Assembly (NCBI RefSeq): GCF_902459465.1
Contig: NC_047074.1
Coordinates: forward strand, 124,001 to 188,000
Source of the DNA: Asterias rubens
Taxonomy: Eukaryota
DNA: 64,000 bases
Direction: 5' to 3'
In this document: one piece after another, positions 13,744 to 27,965 of the stretch
How the letters are laid out: each line of letters opens with the position of its first letter
How positions within the stretch are numbered: position 1 is the first letter of the stretch
The notes under the pieces: model-generated
What the model saw: only the letters and a program-made list of their open reading frames with translations
Database searches by the model: none
What the model was told of the DNA's origin: nothing
Program-made: the position numbers and the translations under genes

Positions 13744-15230
13744 GGCCCTAAGCCTGTGCTTTACAAAGCATCCCACCGCCAACTTGTTTATTATTCATGT
13801 TGCAATTTCCTTTGAGATTGCGTTTGAGATGGGCAAGTGGGCATTGGAGGAGCACACTTAAAGTTGTTGTCTTCGTCTCTGACAAGATGTCTGTGACCAT
13901 GATGATGTCAGACTCTCCAAAGAAGATTATGGGTTAATGACCTTACATTGCACAAAGTAGAATGCAAGCATAAACACCAGATTAAACAAGCAAATCACAG
14001 AGATTTTCCTTGGCATTTAGCACGAAGCTTGTCCTGCACATCTCTCTGAGTATTACATCTTCAGAATCCTCTTAGATTTTGTAAACACAAACAGAAGTAA
14101 CACATGATTCAAATTTAATGCTTTAGATCTTTCCAACAATTTGAAAGATTGAAACTTCATTTTTGAGTGTGTACTTTGCGCATCCTTATATACCACGTAC
14201 AATGGCTTGTAGTTTGTTCTGATAATAAACTGCCCACATAGTGATTTATCTCTTCATTATAAACAGATGTCATTCTCAATCAAAGAAAACAAGCCATATT
14301 TGTAAGGACTTTCAAACACAGCAATATTGTACATAAAACAATCAAGATGCCTCATGCTAAAGCTATATCCTTGTTTTAAAGGTACAAAAAGCTACACAGA
14401 ATAATCAATGAATCAAATTATGAAGTAAGCAAATCGAAGGTGATTTCTTCTGGGAGAGACACACTCTCCAGATAAACTCCCTACAGAGCTGTCACTATGA
14501 AAGATGAGTTTCCATTCCACTGAGACAAAAGCGATCCATAAAATCAAGTCATCCAAAGACAAATATTAAGCAGCAGGAAAAGAGTTTACTTTTTTTCTTT
14601 TAACTTCACCAGCACTTGAGATGTTTTATAAACCTCCTTGTAACTACTCATCCAAATATAGATCCTGTCTGTAGGCTGCACAGGACTCTAGAAGAAAACA
14701 GCTGGACCAATAAACAGGCGGCATAAACTGGTTTACTTCCATTAGGTTCGTCTTTACTCAAAGTGTCTGCTGATAGCACTGGTACTAAAAAACATTCTCC
14801 ACTCAAAAAAAAAAAGGTGCTTCAAAGTCCTTCAGAAAATGATAGCCTTCAGATTTCCATCATGAACTGATTGCAGAAACAATGAGTAGAAATACAAAGA
14901 TTTGTTATAAAAACTTCTTGGAAGATGATAAGGTGATTTGTGGATAGCATCTTCTCACAGCTCAAGGAATGATGATACTACCTCATGTGGCTGGTCTGTC
15001 TGTACACCACGTCTTACTCCTCCTTCAACCCAGGTCTAGAAGACATTCCAAACATAAACATTCATCAGCTCTGTCAGGAGACGGTATTTCAAGACTGCAG
15101 GAGATGAGTGTGATTGTATACACAGTGTGATCTATAGACTGTATGCAAGCAGCCAAAGGGTGAATGTGCACATTTATACAACTGCTTCAATTAAGCATTG
15201 TTGTTTCTACACGTATGCAGTTTTGTCATC

Positions 15231-15487
15231 ACACAAAGGGTACAATGGTTTTCAAACTACCCCAAAACAAAACAAATTGCCAGTAGGCCGTAAGACAAGT
15301 GTGTTTTGTTTTCCCTTCATGTTCAAATTGCCAGTAGGCCTAAAGACAAGTGTGTTTTGTTTTCCCTTCATGTTCACAAAGTAATGTAAAATGGTTTTAA
15401 AACTACCCCAAAACAAAACAAATTGCCAGTAGGCCTAAAGACAAGTGTGTTTTGTTTTCCCTTCATGTTCACAAAGAAATGTAAATC
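15231..15487. repeat. Compound tandem duplication (~94-bp unit plus 51-bp partial)
   Basis: AAATTGCCAGTAGGCC...TTCCCTTCATGTTC occurs three times. Confidence 0.9.
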
Positions 15488-17275
15488 AGTCAGTAGATAT
15501 ATATTGCTTTCTGAACTGCTTCTGAATCTAATTAGCAAAAATAATACCTTGAGGCGAATCATACAATACGAATGACGATGCAGTTTTTTTTTCTTCAAAA
15601 AATTGTAAAATTTCAGGCCTGGAATTACAAGAGGCCATAAAGGTCATGGCTGGCCTTGCCCTGGTCTAGGCATCGGTGCCCCTTTAAAAAAAATTAACAG
15701 ACGAAACATATCCAACAGAAATTTGTTGCCCATCAAAGATGAATTTCCTGGACTGAGATTGTGTGCTGAACAGCTCCATGCAATAAGAACCTTTATTATG
15801 GTTTGTGTATGTTCATAAACTCTCTACATGTTCAGTAGTTTTAAGTTCATCATGTTAACATGTCAGCCATTTGTCAAACTCTAACCCAGTTTCAGCTAAT
15901 TGAGGAGATGGTGCTGGTTGAAAAAAAAGCTATGGTTTTGACTTACAATTACACAGAAAACAAGATATTGTTAAAGATGTGTAACTTTTAAGGAAATCAA
16001 CACTATTTAAAATATCATACGTTAAAAGCAGTTTGATTTCATCCACACCTTTAATCCATTATAATGCTCAAATGTGTCCAACCAGAACTTTTTTGAATTG
16101 TTTGCTTTTCTGTGAATCCCTTTTTTAACAAAACAACGCCCTCATGTGGCCATGTATGAGCAGACACGACAAATCATTTAAACTACCAGTTCTATAAAAC
16201 CAATAAGCGTCTTGAACCTTCCGAATACAGACAGGGGACCAGTCTACAAAGACAGCTGATCATACCCCATAGTAGAATTCACATTTCATGAAGACGGTTC
16301 ATAAAGAGTTCAGTCTGTATTTCTTGAAGTCTTCATTGCTCAGTCACGACAAGAGTTCCATGAAAGAGCAAAATCAATGCCTACTGTTCAGTGTAGGTCA
16401 AAAAACCCAAGGCCTTATTATATAAAGGGATGCAATTTGAAAACCAAGGTTCAGGCGCCTCCTTCATTTTAAACCTTTTTGGTCTGAAGCCTTTGCTTGA
16501 ACCTAACATTACTAAACAACATACGTATTTTGTAAGATTCCTTATTGACATCAGGTTAATATTGGCTCCAAAAAAGTTGTATCTTCAACACTAGTATCCA
16601 TTTTAATATATCCTGTTGTGGTGTTTTTTATCTTCATTGGGAACCCTCTTAAACCCATATGACTCCTTCATAACATTGAACTCAAAGAGAAATCCTTACC
16701 CTAATTATCCCAATTGAGCTAATACCCCCCCCCCCCCCCTCCTTAACTAAACAGTCTCTCTCATTAATTGGGTAAAATCCTGGTAAACCCTTGGGTACCC
16801 CTTCTGCAGTATAATGTACCTCACACATGAGGTGGAAGTATTTTGTGTCTTACATTATGTTGTGGGTAGCCATGTTAGCCAGGTAATTGCAGAGAGGAGA
16901 CTACATGTCACCATTAGCTGAGAGTATATGGGGCTTTTCACAGCAGCAAAGGTGTCAGTTGACAGGGAATTATAAATTTAATTACTCAGGCTACATCATT
17001 ATTTAACATCCATAGAGAGGAGGCCTCTTATATTATAACACATCAAATATTGAATGCCACCAGTATGTGTGTGTGCATAAACATGTCTTATACATTACTG
17101 GGTGAACAAACTCTGGCTGGATGGTAAAGTTCATTGGTTGTAAGCTGAACCAATTGTATCATCTTGCTTCAACATCTTAAAGATGCTGTACTGTCTCACT
17201 CTCTGCATATGATTCCCATGCACAGAGCCTTACTCTATGCTGGGCCAAGGATAGTGCACTGTGTTTCCCAGTAAC

Positions 17276-17367
17276 ATGTGTCTCTATTGCCAACCATTCG
17301 CATAGCAAGATTTGCAGTAAGATGTGTCTCTATTGCCAACCATTCGCATAGCAAGATTTGAAGTCAA
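17276..17367. repeat. Tandem duplication, 2 x 46 bp
   Basis: ATGTGTCTCTATTGCCAACCATTCGCATAGCAAGATTTG at 17276 and 17322. Confidence 0.92.
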
Positions 17368-20300
17368 GATAAATCATCCACTAATTCAATGGACTTATTA
17401 TTTTACTCAGAAATGGCATCGGAACAAAAGAATCAAGGGGAGAAAACAATTTAGCCAGATTACTGACCAAGAACATCTGGTTTGAAACTCGTATCAGCGA
17501 CAACAGCAAAAAAAGCTAGACAGCATTCCTTGGGCCTTAAATTCTGAAATCATAAGACTTGAGTTTGGCTGTGATGTACTATACCACCTTTAAGCAGCTT
17601 TAATGATCCTTGCCCTACTCCCTCTGGGAATTCCAACCATTGCCAGTTGGTCATCATATAAAGGTTACTGATTATCAACCAATAACTCCCTAGAGTGAAT
17701 CTGTACTGTCTCTGCCCTACAACCCCAAGAAACATGGTGGGTCAAGTTATGACTTTCTCTTCTTCAAGACACAAATTAATGGCAGGGGAACAGAATGTTA
17801 GAGATTCCGCTGGATTGGATGTAAATAGAAGAAATGCAATCCAATTTGTGGGTGTAAAACTGGACTGGCCAGCCTCGTTCTTAAAATAGTAGAGATTATT
17901 TAATATAATGAGGACATATGTCTGGAGGGATGGTTTCAATTATCCAAATAGAAGGTGAATCTAAATCTAACTTACAACCCACACATGTGAAGATGGACAC
18001 TTCCAAGGCCAAGACAAGCCAACCAAGTAAGAATACATGTGTACTATGGAGTAAGGACCAACAATTTATGACAGAGGGTTCTTGTTATGTATCAAGGAAT
18101 AGAGGTGGGGGGAAATGGCCAATAGAAAACAAATTGAAAAACAGCAGTAAAAACACAGATGCCTCTGATGTCATTAAAAGATGTCATGGACATTAAATAA
18201 TATTAATGTAAATTTGTGGCAAAGTCCTTTCAAAGTTCTTACAATCCGACAAATAAAGTTATTTAAAAACATTGCAAATAAGGTCATAACAAACCTACCA
18301 ACTCTATTGATTTTTTTTCTAGAAATAAGAGCAGTTATCTACATGTATTCCGATGAGAAAACCCTCATTTGGAAGAACAAATTTACGAGAAAAAATACTG
18401 ACACACCTAACTAAACTTTCAAACAAGCTGAATGAACTAAAGTATGTTTTTTAAATTTGTGCAAATCAAAGTGCAATTGCTCAATAAAAAATAAAGTAAA
18501 AATAGTTTGTACATTTGAGCATGTGCACCCTATGTATATCTGAACAGGTGCAATGCCTAGTGTGAAATTAAAATCAAGTTACCCTTATCTCCGATTTCAA
18601 ATAAATCATCCAATAACTTCAGATTATTCAATTCTTCTCACGCTGGTCCCAACTTCCCTGTCCCAGATGTAACATTAATGTGTTATGTACTTATGTTACA
18701 TACACTAAGGAGAGATAAAACCAAGATACTTCACAGCATGGGAACTAAAGCTAGAAATGCAAAGAGTGTTTTTATTTGTGATGTGATGAGGCCGGTGGGA
18801 GGTTGACAAGAATGGCGTTTTGATTGAACGATGCAGGAGGTTTAATTCTAAAACTCCTAGACTTATACAGCTGACTCCAACTATCAAACATCATGGCTTC
18901 ATATCGGCTTTAGGCCATCAAATAATTGTCCTAGTTTCAAATTCTAAAGAGTCTGTGTTCATATTTGTGCAGAGGGAATAAACTTCCAGTTTAGCAGTTC
19001 ATTTTCCTGTCGAAGTTCTTATGGTATGAGTACCAATATATATTTGTCATTTACTTCAAAATACATGTCTGTATTTATTTTTTAAATATGTCAAAACAAT
19101 GTGTCTAATCTTTTGACCTTGTCTCATAGGTGAACTGCTCTAATATAGTAACTGATGAATTGCACTAATTCCAAAATAATATCATGAAAACTTAGCTTGA
19201 AAAGAAATCTTCATTATTACTGGTTCAGCTTTCCAGTGAAGCTTCATAACAATAATAGCAGTGAATTGACTTATAAATATTACAAACACATAGTCGGCCC
19301 AATGGTCCATAATTAACCTTTCAAGAGAAGCTGTTATAAACTGTCATTTCATCAGCTGAGCTGATGATGACATTTAAGTATCTCCCTCCTGGACAGATCT
19401 GACTGAGCTTTGATGATCTCTCTAGAGTTGACTTCTAGTCATACAGTGTTCATCTTACAAATAAACTAGAAACACTTGAAGGTAGGGTCATACTTTGGTC
19501 ATGAAAAGTCAAGAAATTGCATAATTGTTATCAAAAAGCCAGAGTCGACTCTTAAAAGGTTTTCATAGGCATCCTACAAAATGATTTCTTCTGAATCCTC
19601 TGTCCGTTTAAATAGTGAATACTGCCCTCAATACAACCAGAGATGCGGTTGGTATCCGCTGTAACCTCGCTAATATACTGGACCACTGTACACAACTGAA
19701 AAAACTGGTACATCTTGAAGCTTTTTTTAATTTTGTGCCTATAGATAAATGACCTTCTAAGATTATCAACCTGTACTTACCTGCACATACTTACCAAGTT
19801 TCACCAATAGAGGGGGCTATTGATCTTTCCTATTGACTGATTATCACAATACACATTGGACTTGATTAACAGTAAGAATAACTTTGTATGGATTTATATA
19901 ACATTAAACCTGACAAAACGATTTATAACTTGTACTTCAGTGTAAATCTTAGTCTCAGATCCCATTTAAAACAGAAATTCTTATTTTGAATTGTCTAAAT
20001 CAAAGAATTCTGAATATTTGGAAAGTTTTATTGTTTTGGTTTGTTTTGATTCTAAAACAGAAACAATTATGTTTACTTTCTTCACACACCCTACCAAACT
20101 CTCCAAATCAATACAATCATTTTGCATGATTTGGATGAATCTAACATGATTTTGTGGGGCCAGTTAACAATAATTATCATGAGTTCTTCAAACTTTCAGT
20201 TATCAACCCTAAAAACTCTTCAGGTAACTCTCAGTTTTACTAATTTCTATCAAATAAAAAATGGAAACATGACTTTCAAAAATTTTATCTTGGAGAGAGC

Positions 20301-20456
20301 AAGGCCATTTTGTTTTGCTATGGGCACTTCGATTGCAGAATCATAAAGTCTATGAAAGGGGCACCAAGGCCAAGATCAGGGCAACCAAGTTCAAGATCAG
20401 GGCAACTGAAGCTACAGCCTCTGTGTATTTCCAGCCCCGTAACATACTGTACATAC

Positions 20457-20593
20457 CGGTGAGTTATCTGGGCGCATTGGAGTTGCATACGTTTGTTGTT
20501 CCCATTTGGAGGCCACTTCAAGAGTTTCCATGGTTTTTTGAGTGACACTTTTACTACCGTCCATCAAGGTGGCTTCGTAAAACTCTTGAATAT
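20457..20593 (-). CDS. dlg1: Dlg exon 3, end of L27 region
   Basis: Acceptor CCACATTAG, donor CCG|GTATGT. Encodes DIQEFYEATLMDGSKSVTQKTMETLEVASKWEQQTYATPMRPDNSP, in frame with exon 2, ends in phase 0. No PDZ exons recognised in the window. Confidence 0.93.
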
Positions 20594-23007
20594 CTAATGT
20601 GGAAGGAAATAAACAATACAAGTTTGTAAAATGACAGTTTTTATAAAATATATTAAATATGGCAGGCATCATGTGGTAAAACTGGAAATTCGACAGTGTT
20701 TATTAAGTTATTGCATCTTGAAGAATTTTTGACATAACGATCAAACTATTAAAATGGAATACGACAAGAAATGGATTGCCCTTTAAGAATAATGGAGTAC
20801 TTTTAAAATAAACCAACCGACCCGCCAAACAATACCCCCATTTCTGTATTGAACTGGTTCCACTTTAAAATATGTTTGGCTAGTTGTTTGTAGCGTACAT
20901 GAAAGGGGTAAACATTCTACATGAAATGTTCCAATCCCAAATGTCTGGTACCCTTTTCATTCACCACTCAAATACCAGTTGATTTTTATAGCTTTTTATA
21001 GCTTATTTCCAACATGGCAGCCTTGTGCGTTTCAAATCAAATCAGCCAATTTCAGTTCCGCAGAGAAAACCTTAATTGCATCTTCCCCTCCCGCCCACGC
21101 TAGCAGACAAGCCAATTTAGTGCCATACAAAGCATGTAGGCACTTCAAATATTCTGAAAAGCATCTAGGCTGTCTTTGCTACTATTGTGGGGTTTTTTTT
21201 TTTAATTTTCATCCATCTTTGGGCCTGGAATGCCCCCTCACAATGAATCTTCATTTCAGAGCCAAACAAAAATTCTATATCATTGTCTCCAAAGGGAATG
21301 TTGTTTATTTTGTTAATTAAAATTAAAGACAGCTTACAAAATAGAGTAATTTGTGAGTTGATTCAGGGTCAATTTTAACTATGTTAGGAAGGGTCACAGT
21401 GTGTTTGTACACAATAAAACATGCAATGTATGTTCAAGGATCAACTACAGACAGTTAATGTAGAATGCATCATTTTAAAAACCTACCTACAGTACATGCT
21501 CAAACAAGATGTTTCAGCCACTACTTTAACAAACTCATGTGCCAATAGCAACAAAAAACATCAATTGCAGCTAGCAATTTAACTCGGACATGCTTTAGTC
21601 TTGCAAAAATAAAGACAAATCTAAACAAAAATAAACTAAAATACAAACCCAAATAGCATGATGCATGAACATTCACTGCATTATGATAACAAGATAATTC
21701 ACTAAACTTGAATAGCCCCCTCTGTTGACGATAAATGTAACCTAATGAATAATGCATGCATGAAGTGCATAGCATATTACCTGGGGCTTAACTCAATAAC
21801 CTGCATTAAAGTGGTCAAGAAAACGCTGCCTGGGGGTTTAAGTCACAGGCTTACAGGTGATTTGTGTGTGGGAGGAGGGGGGGGGCGGGACATGCAACAG
21901 ACGCTCTGTGTCTTGTATACAGAAATAAAAACAGGCACCAAAAACAGGCACAAGACTATAAAACAAAATAACCAAAGGATCTTTGAAACAAACATCTCAG
22001 ACACATTAACAAAACTTATTCTGTTTTAACTAATTTTAAATTTATAACAAGTTTGGAAAAATTGCTCTATTGCAAAATTGCTAAGCGATGACAGTTCTTA
22101 CTTTTAACAGGTCTCCAGCCAACATAATGTTCATTGTTTGTGACTTGTTCCCTTAAAGCAATATATTCTGCTTGACCAGCTTTTGTTACTCTGTGCTTGT
22201 TTTATGGCCACAGAAAGTAAAGAGGGAAATGTGCTGTATGGTTCATTGTTAAATGTCTAGAATATATAGTACCCACAAAGTAATTCATCCCCTATCTTTC
22301 TGATTCTTCTTCTATTCCGTGTCCAACCCCCTCACACCAACCTACTTCTCCTCCCGAACCCCCTTTCAGAACCAACAATATATCATATGTATACCATTCA
22401 AACATAATTCACATGCTTAGGAATCTTAGTCATGCCTTTCTACTTTTCTCTTTTCATTCACCATTTCTGGATACCGCTTTCCAACATGCCTCTCCTCCAA
22501 AAAAAAGTAAAAGTAAAAGTAAATGGTATTCTAAAACAACTAAACAGGAAACAGGGACGACACTATAGGGATTATAAACTACACTGACACACTGTCTGAC
22601 ACACACTACAAGTATGAAGGAGAATCTGGGGCTTACTTTGATCAACGGGTAACAAGACACAGGCGTCCTGAATATCTGCAAACAATTTGAAGAAAAACAA
22701 AAAAATACTTTGAACTTTGGACTTAAATGTCAAAGGTCAAAAAAGACTCAAAAGATGAAGTTGATCATGAGTGGAAAGATTTGGAATTTTGTTCTTGTAT
22801 GAAATATGCAATAAATGAAGATGACATGCCTTTTTTTATAGGAGTGGTTAGCTGACTCGGTGGATGGCAGCATGATGATTTGTATTGGATTCACCAGACT
22901 ATATTACTATTATAAAAAGATAAATTTGGCTTGGTTGTTGGCTGCAGCTAGCTTTCATGACAGTGTAATGTGTTATCTTGTTATATTATCGAGCCATGTC
23001 TGCAGAC

Positions 23008-23152
23008 TAAGGCCGAATCCAAATTGGCGTCTACAGCTATGGCTAAGGCTGTTGCTATGGGTGTTGCTAAGGATGTCTTATACCTCAACCCATGATGAAG
23101 CAGAAATCTAGCTGTAGCCCTAGCTGTATTCACCAATTAGGACACAGCCTAA
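23008..23152. mobile_element. Degenerate MITE, possibly Harbinger-like
   Basis: Imperfect inverted ends TAAGGCCGAATCCAAATTG / CAATTAGGACACAGCCTAA with internal GCTA-rich repeats. Confidence 0.4.
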
Positions 23153-25332
23153 GCCACTAATTAGTGCCATTGAAACCCCCCCCCCCCCCAACAAGAGTCT
23201 CGCTCTAGAAGACACTTTGATTCACCATCACTTGAATTAAAATCAAACCAGTGAATAGCATTATAAAGACATTCCAATTAAGTGTTTAATCCACTTCAAA
23301 CCAAATGAACTTAATTGAGTCTCTATAAACCAACTGCATTAACGATTAACTACTTGCTCAATCACAAGAAGATGATCATCAGTAGCAAACAAGTTGTACT
23401 GAAGAATAATATGCATACTAATCAAGAAGAAAGGTAAAACAATAAGGTAAAAAAGTTTGATTTGGCAGCCCTGGTAAAACTGTGAATGTTAGTACACGTC
23501 AATGATAAGTTACCATGGGAACAGGAATTTAAGGAAGGGAAAACAATGAAGTGAAACAGAATTTAATAAGTACAATGTGCGATGCTGGAAGTGCACATGG
23601 CTCATCATGACAAAATGATACAATGTGGTAAAGATACATACGTGTAGGTGAATGTACTGGACAAAATAGTTTGCTCATAATCTGCTAAGCATCATAATAA
23701 TTCTCCTCAGCAAAAACTTATATTATGTTCTGCTTCAGCAAATTCTGCCACAATATGGTTATTGCTACGAGGCAGCTCTTATAACTACAATGGACCCGTA
23801 AGATTAAGCTGGTAAGCACAACATTTCTTGCTTAGCATTGCAATTTACCCAATTGACTATCAAAAACCATTAATTGATGAATGAATTAAGTATGGTAGTT
23901 TCAAAGTATCCAACATACAAAGATTGTAAATCTTTTATTTTCAGTTGCAACATCTACTTGATGACATGACCAACAAAATAAACACAAGCAAAGAACAATT
24001 CAACCTTGACTAGTAATAAGATGTATCACTAATTAAAGAAAAGAAGTCTGCCCTATGAAACATATTAAACCACCACAAAGAACTGGCCAATTAGCAATGA
24101 TTGTAAAAACACAATCACTAATTTATGGTCCATTGTTACAATGTATAATTTATGTGATTGGTACGTACATGCCCCTACTGTCCACATGTAATAAATTACT
24201 ACTGTTGAATCATTAGAATGTTTCGCTAATTAAACAAATTTCTATAACTGCAGAAAATGTATTACACGCCGACTTCAATTGGCACTGTACATTTCCAATC
24301 ATCCATGCAACCTACAAGTACAGACAGCTACATTTACATACAGAAACCATTTATAGGCCATGCACAATAGCCTCGTCCATCTTCCATCAAATTCAATCCA
24401 CTGCATTTCCTACCTGGGCTCGGTCTTTTTAATAAACAGAACGAACAAGTCATTTTTAATAACACGGTGGCGGTTTCGATGCACAGAGAGCAGAAAACTA
24501 GACCCAAGATTGCAGTGTGTGTTTATTGGGAAGTTGTTTCTCCAATGACGTGATTAAATCAGGGGAAATTTACCGCTATAAAAGAAAAAAGAAAACGTTG
24601 CAGTCCAAAGAATGGTTTCAGGCTGAATGTCTATTTATAGAGACTAACTCATGAGCAAAAACGATCCGCTGCATCGTACATGTAGCTATGTACGAGTTTC
24701 TCCAGTCAATAATGGCCAAGCACTTTAAATGCCAGTTTACTGCAAGCTGATTTTTACCCATCATTCGGTTTGATTTAATTGTTTTTGTGTGAAATCCATA
24801 GTCTGTTTCCTAAAGCTCTTCAGGACTTTATCATAATGTTCTGTATACTGCCTCCCGACAGTTACAACATACCCTCTGTAAGTTTATTTTAAAGAACACC
24901 ATTTGAGAACTTGTCTTGTAATGAGTATGGGTTCTACTACAAGAAACAGAGGGAGTCACTTTGACACTTGGGTACTGAGCAGAATAAGTAAGTACAGGTG
25001 AACATCTGAGTACGAGTCTTAGTAAGAGTCCAAAGTAAAACTCAAATACTCGCCCCTTAAGGTCAGATTGCAAAGCACAGTCGTGTCAAATTATGAAATA
25101 CTCATGTTATCTTGCCAGGTGATCGACAACACCTCGGAAGGCGTGAACGTCACGACCCAATTCCACTCTTAGTTTACAATAATCACAATCTCAAATCCCT
25201 AGACGATATCTGCCGCCATGTTTAACTACCCATCAGCAGTATGATTACACTTGCCTAGTAATTCCCATCATTACATGTGAATGTACATTATGGAAACAAA
25301 CCCCCGAGACAAAACCTGTCAGACTGCCCCCA

Positions 25333-25338
25333 GCCCCC

Positions 25339-25386
<48 letters not shown>
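25333..25386. repeat. Poly-C plus (CT)n microsatellite
   Basis: Direct reading. Confidence 0.97.
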
Positions 25387-25392
<6 letters not shown>

Positions 25393-27844
25393 GTCAACAC
25401 AAATTGCTAAATTCACATCATATCCAATATTTTGATAAGTGCATTGCAGGAAAAAGTCCATACTGGTCGCTACCAGAATCCAAATTCACAGTCAAGTGTA
25501 ATACAAAATGGCTTCAATATAACTCCCACAACTGATCCTAAAAAAAAAAAAATTTATAAATACTCAATTTCATTTTATTGTGCCATCAAATTATTCAAGA
25601 TCAGCAGTGCTTGTTTTTACAAAAAAAATTGTTTAAAGATAAACAGAGATTAAACAGAGCAGCACCGTGTTAGTTTGTTTCAATTATTATAATCAAGCCT
25701 TGTTTTTTTCATATGCCTACTCCTAACCACTCCCATAAAGAAAAACATGTTACTATTCTAAAAATAGGCAAAATTGAAAAATATATTAAGATGAATGCTT
25801 GACTGGCTCAGCTCATTTTCTCCAATTTACAAGAGACTGCCTACTGTTTGTCAACTGCAGCAGTAGCGGCAGCTTGTGTGTGTAACAGCACCATGCCTGA
25901 CTTGACCGTCCCTTACTACACATCGATGGGCAACAACGCAGCGGTGCATGACATGACATGGAGAAACGCCAGTGTGGAATCTAACGGTATTTGGTAAATG
26001 GAATCAGCGAGCATGAAGGAGTGAATACACAGCTTCTTTTGATGAGGCAGGGGACATCTTATAATTGGACAAGATGATAGGGACTAGAGGTGAAGAAGCC
26101 AGGAGACTAGTGAAGGAGCAGAGAGTGTACGGATGAGCGATCGCACTGACAGACTCACATTTATTATTCAGCACTTGGATAAATCATTATATCAAAAAAA
26201 TATGGCTTTTGGAATTCTGTGTTAATTGTCTGGCATCCATGGTACAGATATGGTGTATCTGATTTGGTTTCTTTTTATTAACCAAAATTGTTGCATTATT
26301 ATCTGTAAAAAGAATTTAATACCAATAATATTTATGATGTGCATTCCCATACTAAAATGACATCAAATCGTATTTTTACAAAAGCTCTGTAAAAGATGGT
26401 CTTTAGGATTTGTAAATGTGTGTGCGTGTGTGGGGGTGTGTTTGTTTGTTATCACATCGACCAGACATTATATGTCCTTGACCAAGGCAATCCTACTAAA
26501 AAAACAAGTCAATAAACATTGTGTCCATCATTATCAAACACCATGAGCCTTGATGGTAAAAAATGTCAAAAGGATGTTAAATTTGCTGTGATTTTATCTT
26601 ACGGGTTTATCACATCCTAGAGTGGGTAAATATGGGACACACAGTGAAGCCCTAGGTGCCATGTATAGCCTCAAGGGTGTGGAATCCAGGGACCACATCA
26701 CAGCAACTACACCTTCTTAGCTAAGGGGGTAAGGTTATAGCCCTTGATTTAGATTGCATTGAGTGAATCAACGCACACAATTAACAATATCAATTTTAGT
26801 GTTAACAAATATTCTAAATAATTTTTCTTGCAGAAAAATATTTTGACATTTTCTTTGTTGGTTATAAAAAATCAATTAATAAATCAAAAGAATTTAAAAA
26901 ATAAGGAACGCACTATCTATCATTGCAACAATGCAGGAAAAAATTTGGGGAACTACACTTTGTTGATTATTATTATTGACTAGAAAGTCAACTAGAATGT
27001 ATTATGTATGTTCTCCACATGAAAGGTACTGCATCGTGCAATGCATGAATGCTTCAAAAGCATTCAACGATAAAATTGCACAAAAAGATGAGCCATCGAG
27101 ATCACATGATATTTTCAAAACTGGCATAACAATTAATGAGCACCATCTGGATACATACATGTAGGAGTGTGTGTCATTTCAGTTTATTTTATCTTCACTA
27201 ACTCTAACCATAAGGGATAATATAAAATTACACCTCCCTGAACACCATCATGTAAACAAATACCATCAAGAAAGAGAAAACAACGTGACAGGCTTTGCAA
27301 CAGCAGGGACCACTGATATAAAGGACTGCTACGTACACAAATAATTCTACAAATCAGATACAAGAAGCGTAAAGGTCAGGCAACATGCTAGATGATGTAA
27401 GGGCCTTCTACGTTGTGTGTATCTTTTGTGTGATTGGTGCTTTAAGATCAATATCCCGTGCATGGCAGTGGGCTCATAGTTGAAACTAGATTTCCAGGTG
27501 GGTTTTTTTTAGAACAAGAGGCAACAAGTTTTCAAAGATCATTGTCATTATTTCAATTCTATTTTTTACAAATTTAAAATATACTCAAAAAATTTTGACT
27601 TTAGGGTGACTGTCAATTCACCTCTCCAATAATGATTTGTCCATTCCACTCTAGCCTCACAACACCCAATAGATTTCTTGATGCAAATGAGGTTCAAAAA
27701 GTTATAATAATGCCATTAAGAATGACCTAGTTTGATTAAAGTGTGAGTTACATTGCAAAGCCTGCATGTATTTATACAACGTTGTGTCAATAATTCAGGG
27801 CTAGCTGTTTTTGACTCTAGAGTGTCCATCATTCTTAGTTTCAC

Positions 27845-27965
27845 CTGTCGTTGCGGCTGAGTTCATAACCTTTCTAGAGAGATAATTATCTGATATTCTA
27901 TCGTGTTCAGTGACGCTGAATTTTATGCTGGGGATACTCTTATCGTGACTACAATTTCTAATCAT
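27845..27965 (-). CDS. Candidate alternative first exon of Dlg (MIRNCSHDK...NSAATT), phase 1
   Basis: ATG, 40 open codons, then CAG|GTGAAA in the phase matching the exon-3 acceptor; locally CpG-rich. No homology support. Confidence 0.3.

Noticed and set aside
15127-15598. ORFs with an internally repeated peptide
   Set aside because: By-product of the tandem duplication.
19775-19794. Two GTAAGT donors 14 nt apart on the minus strand after Dlg exon 3
   Set aside because: No upstream acceptor gave an open, phase-compatible exon.
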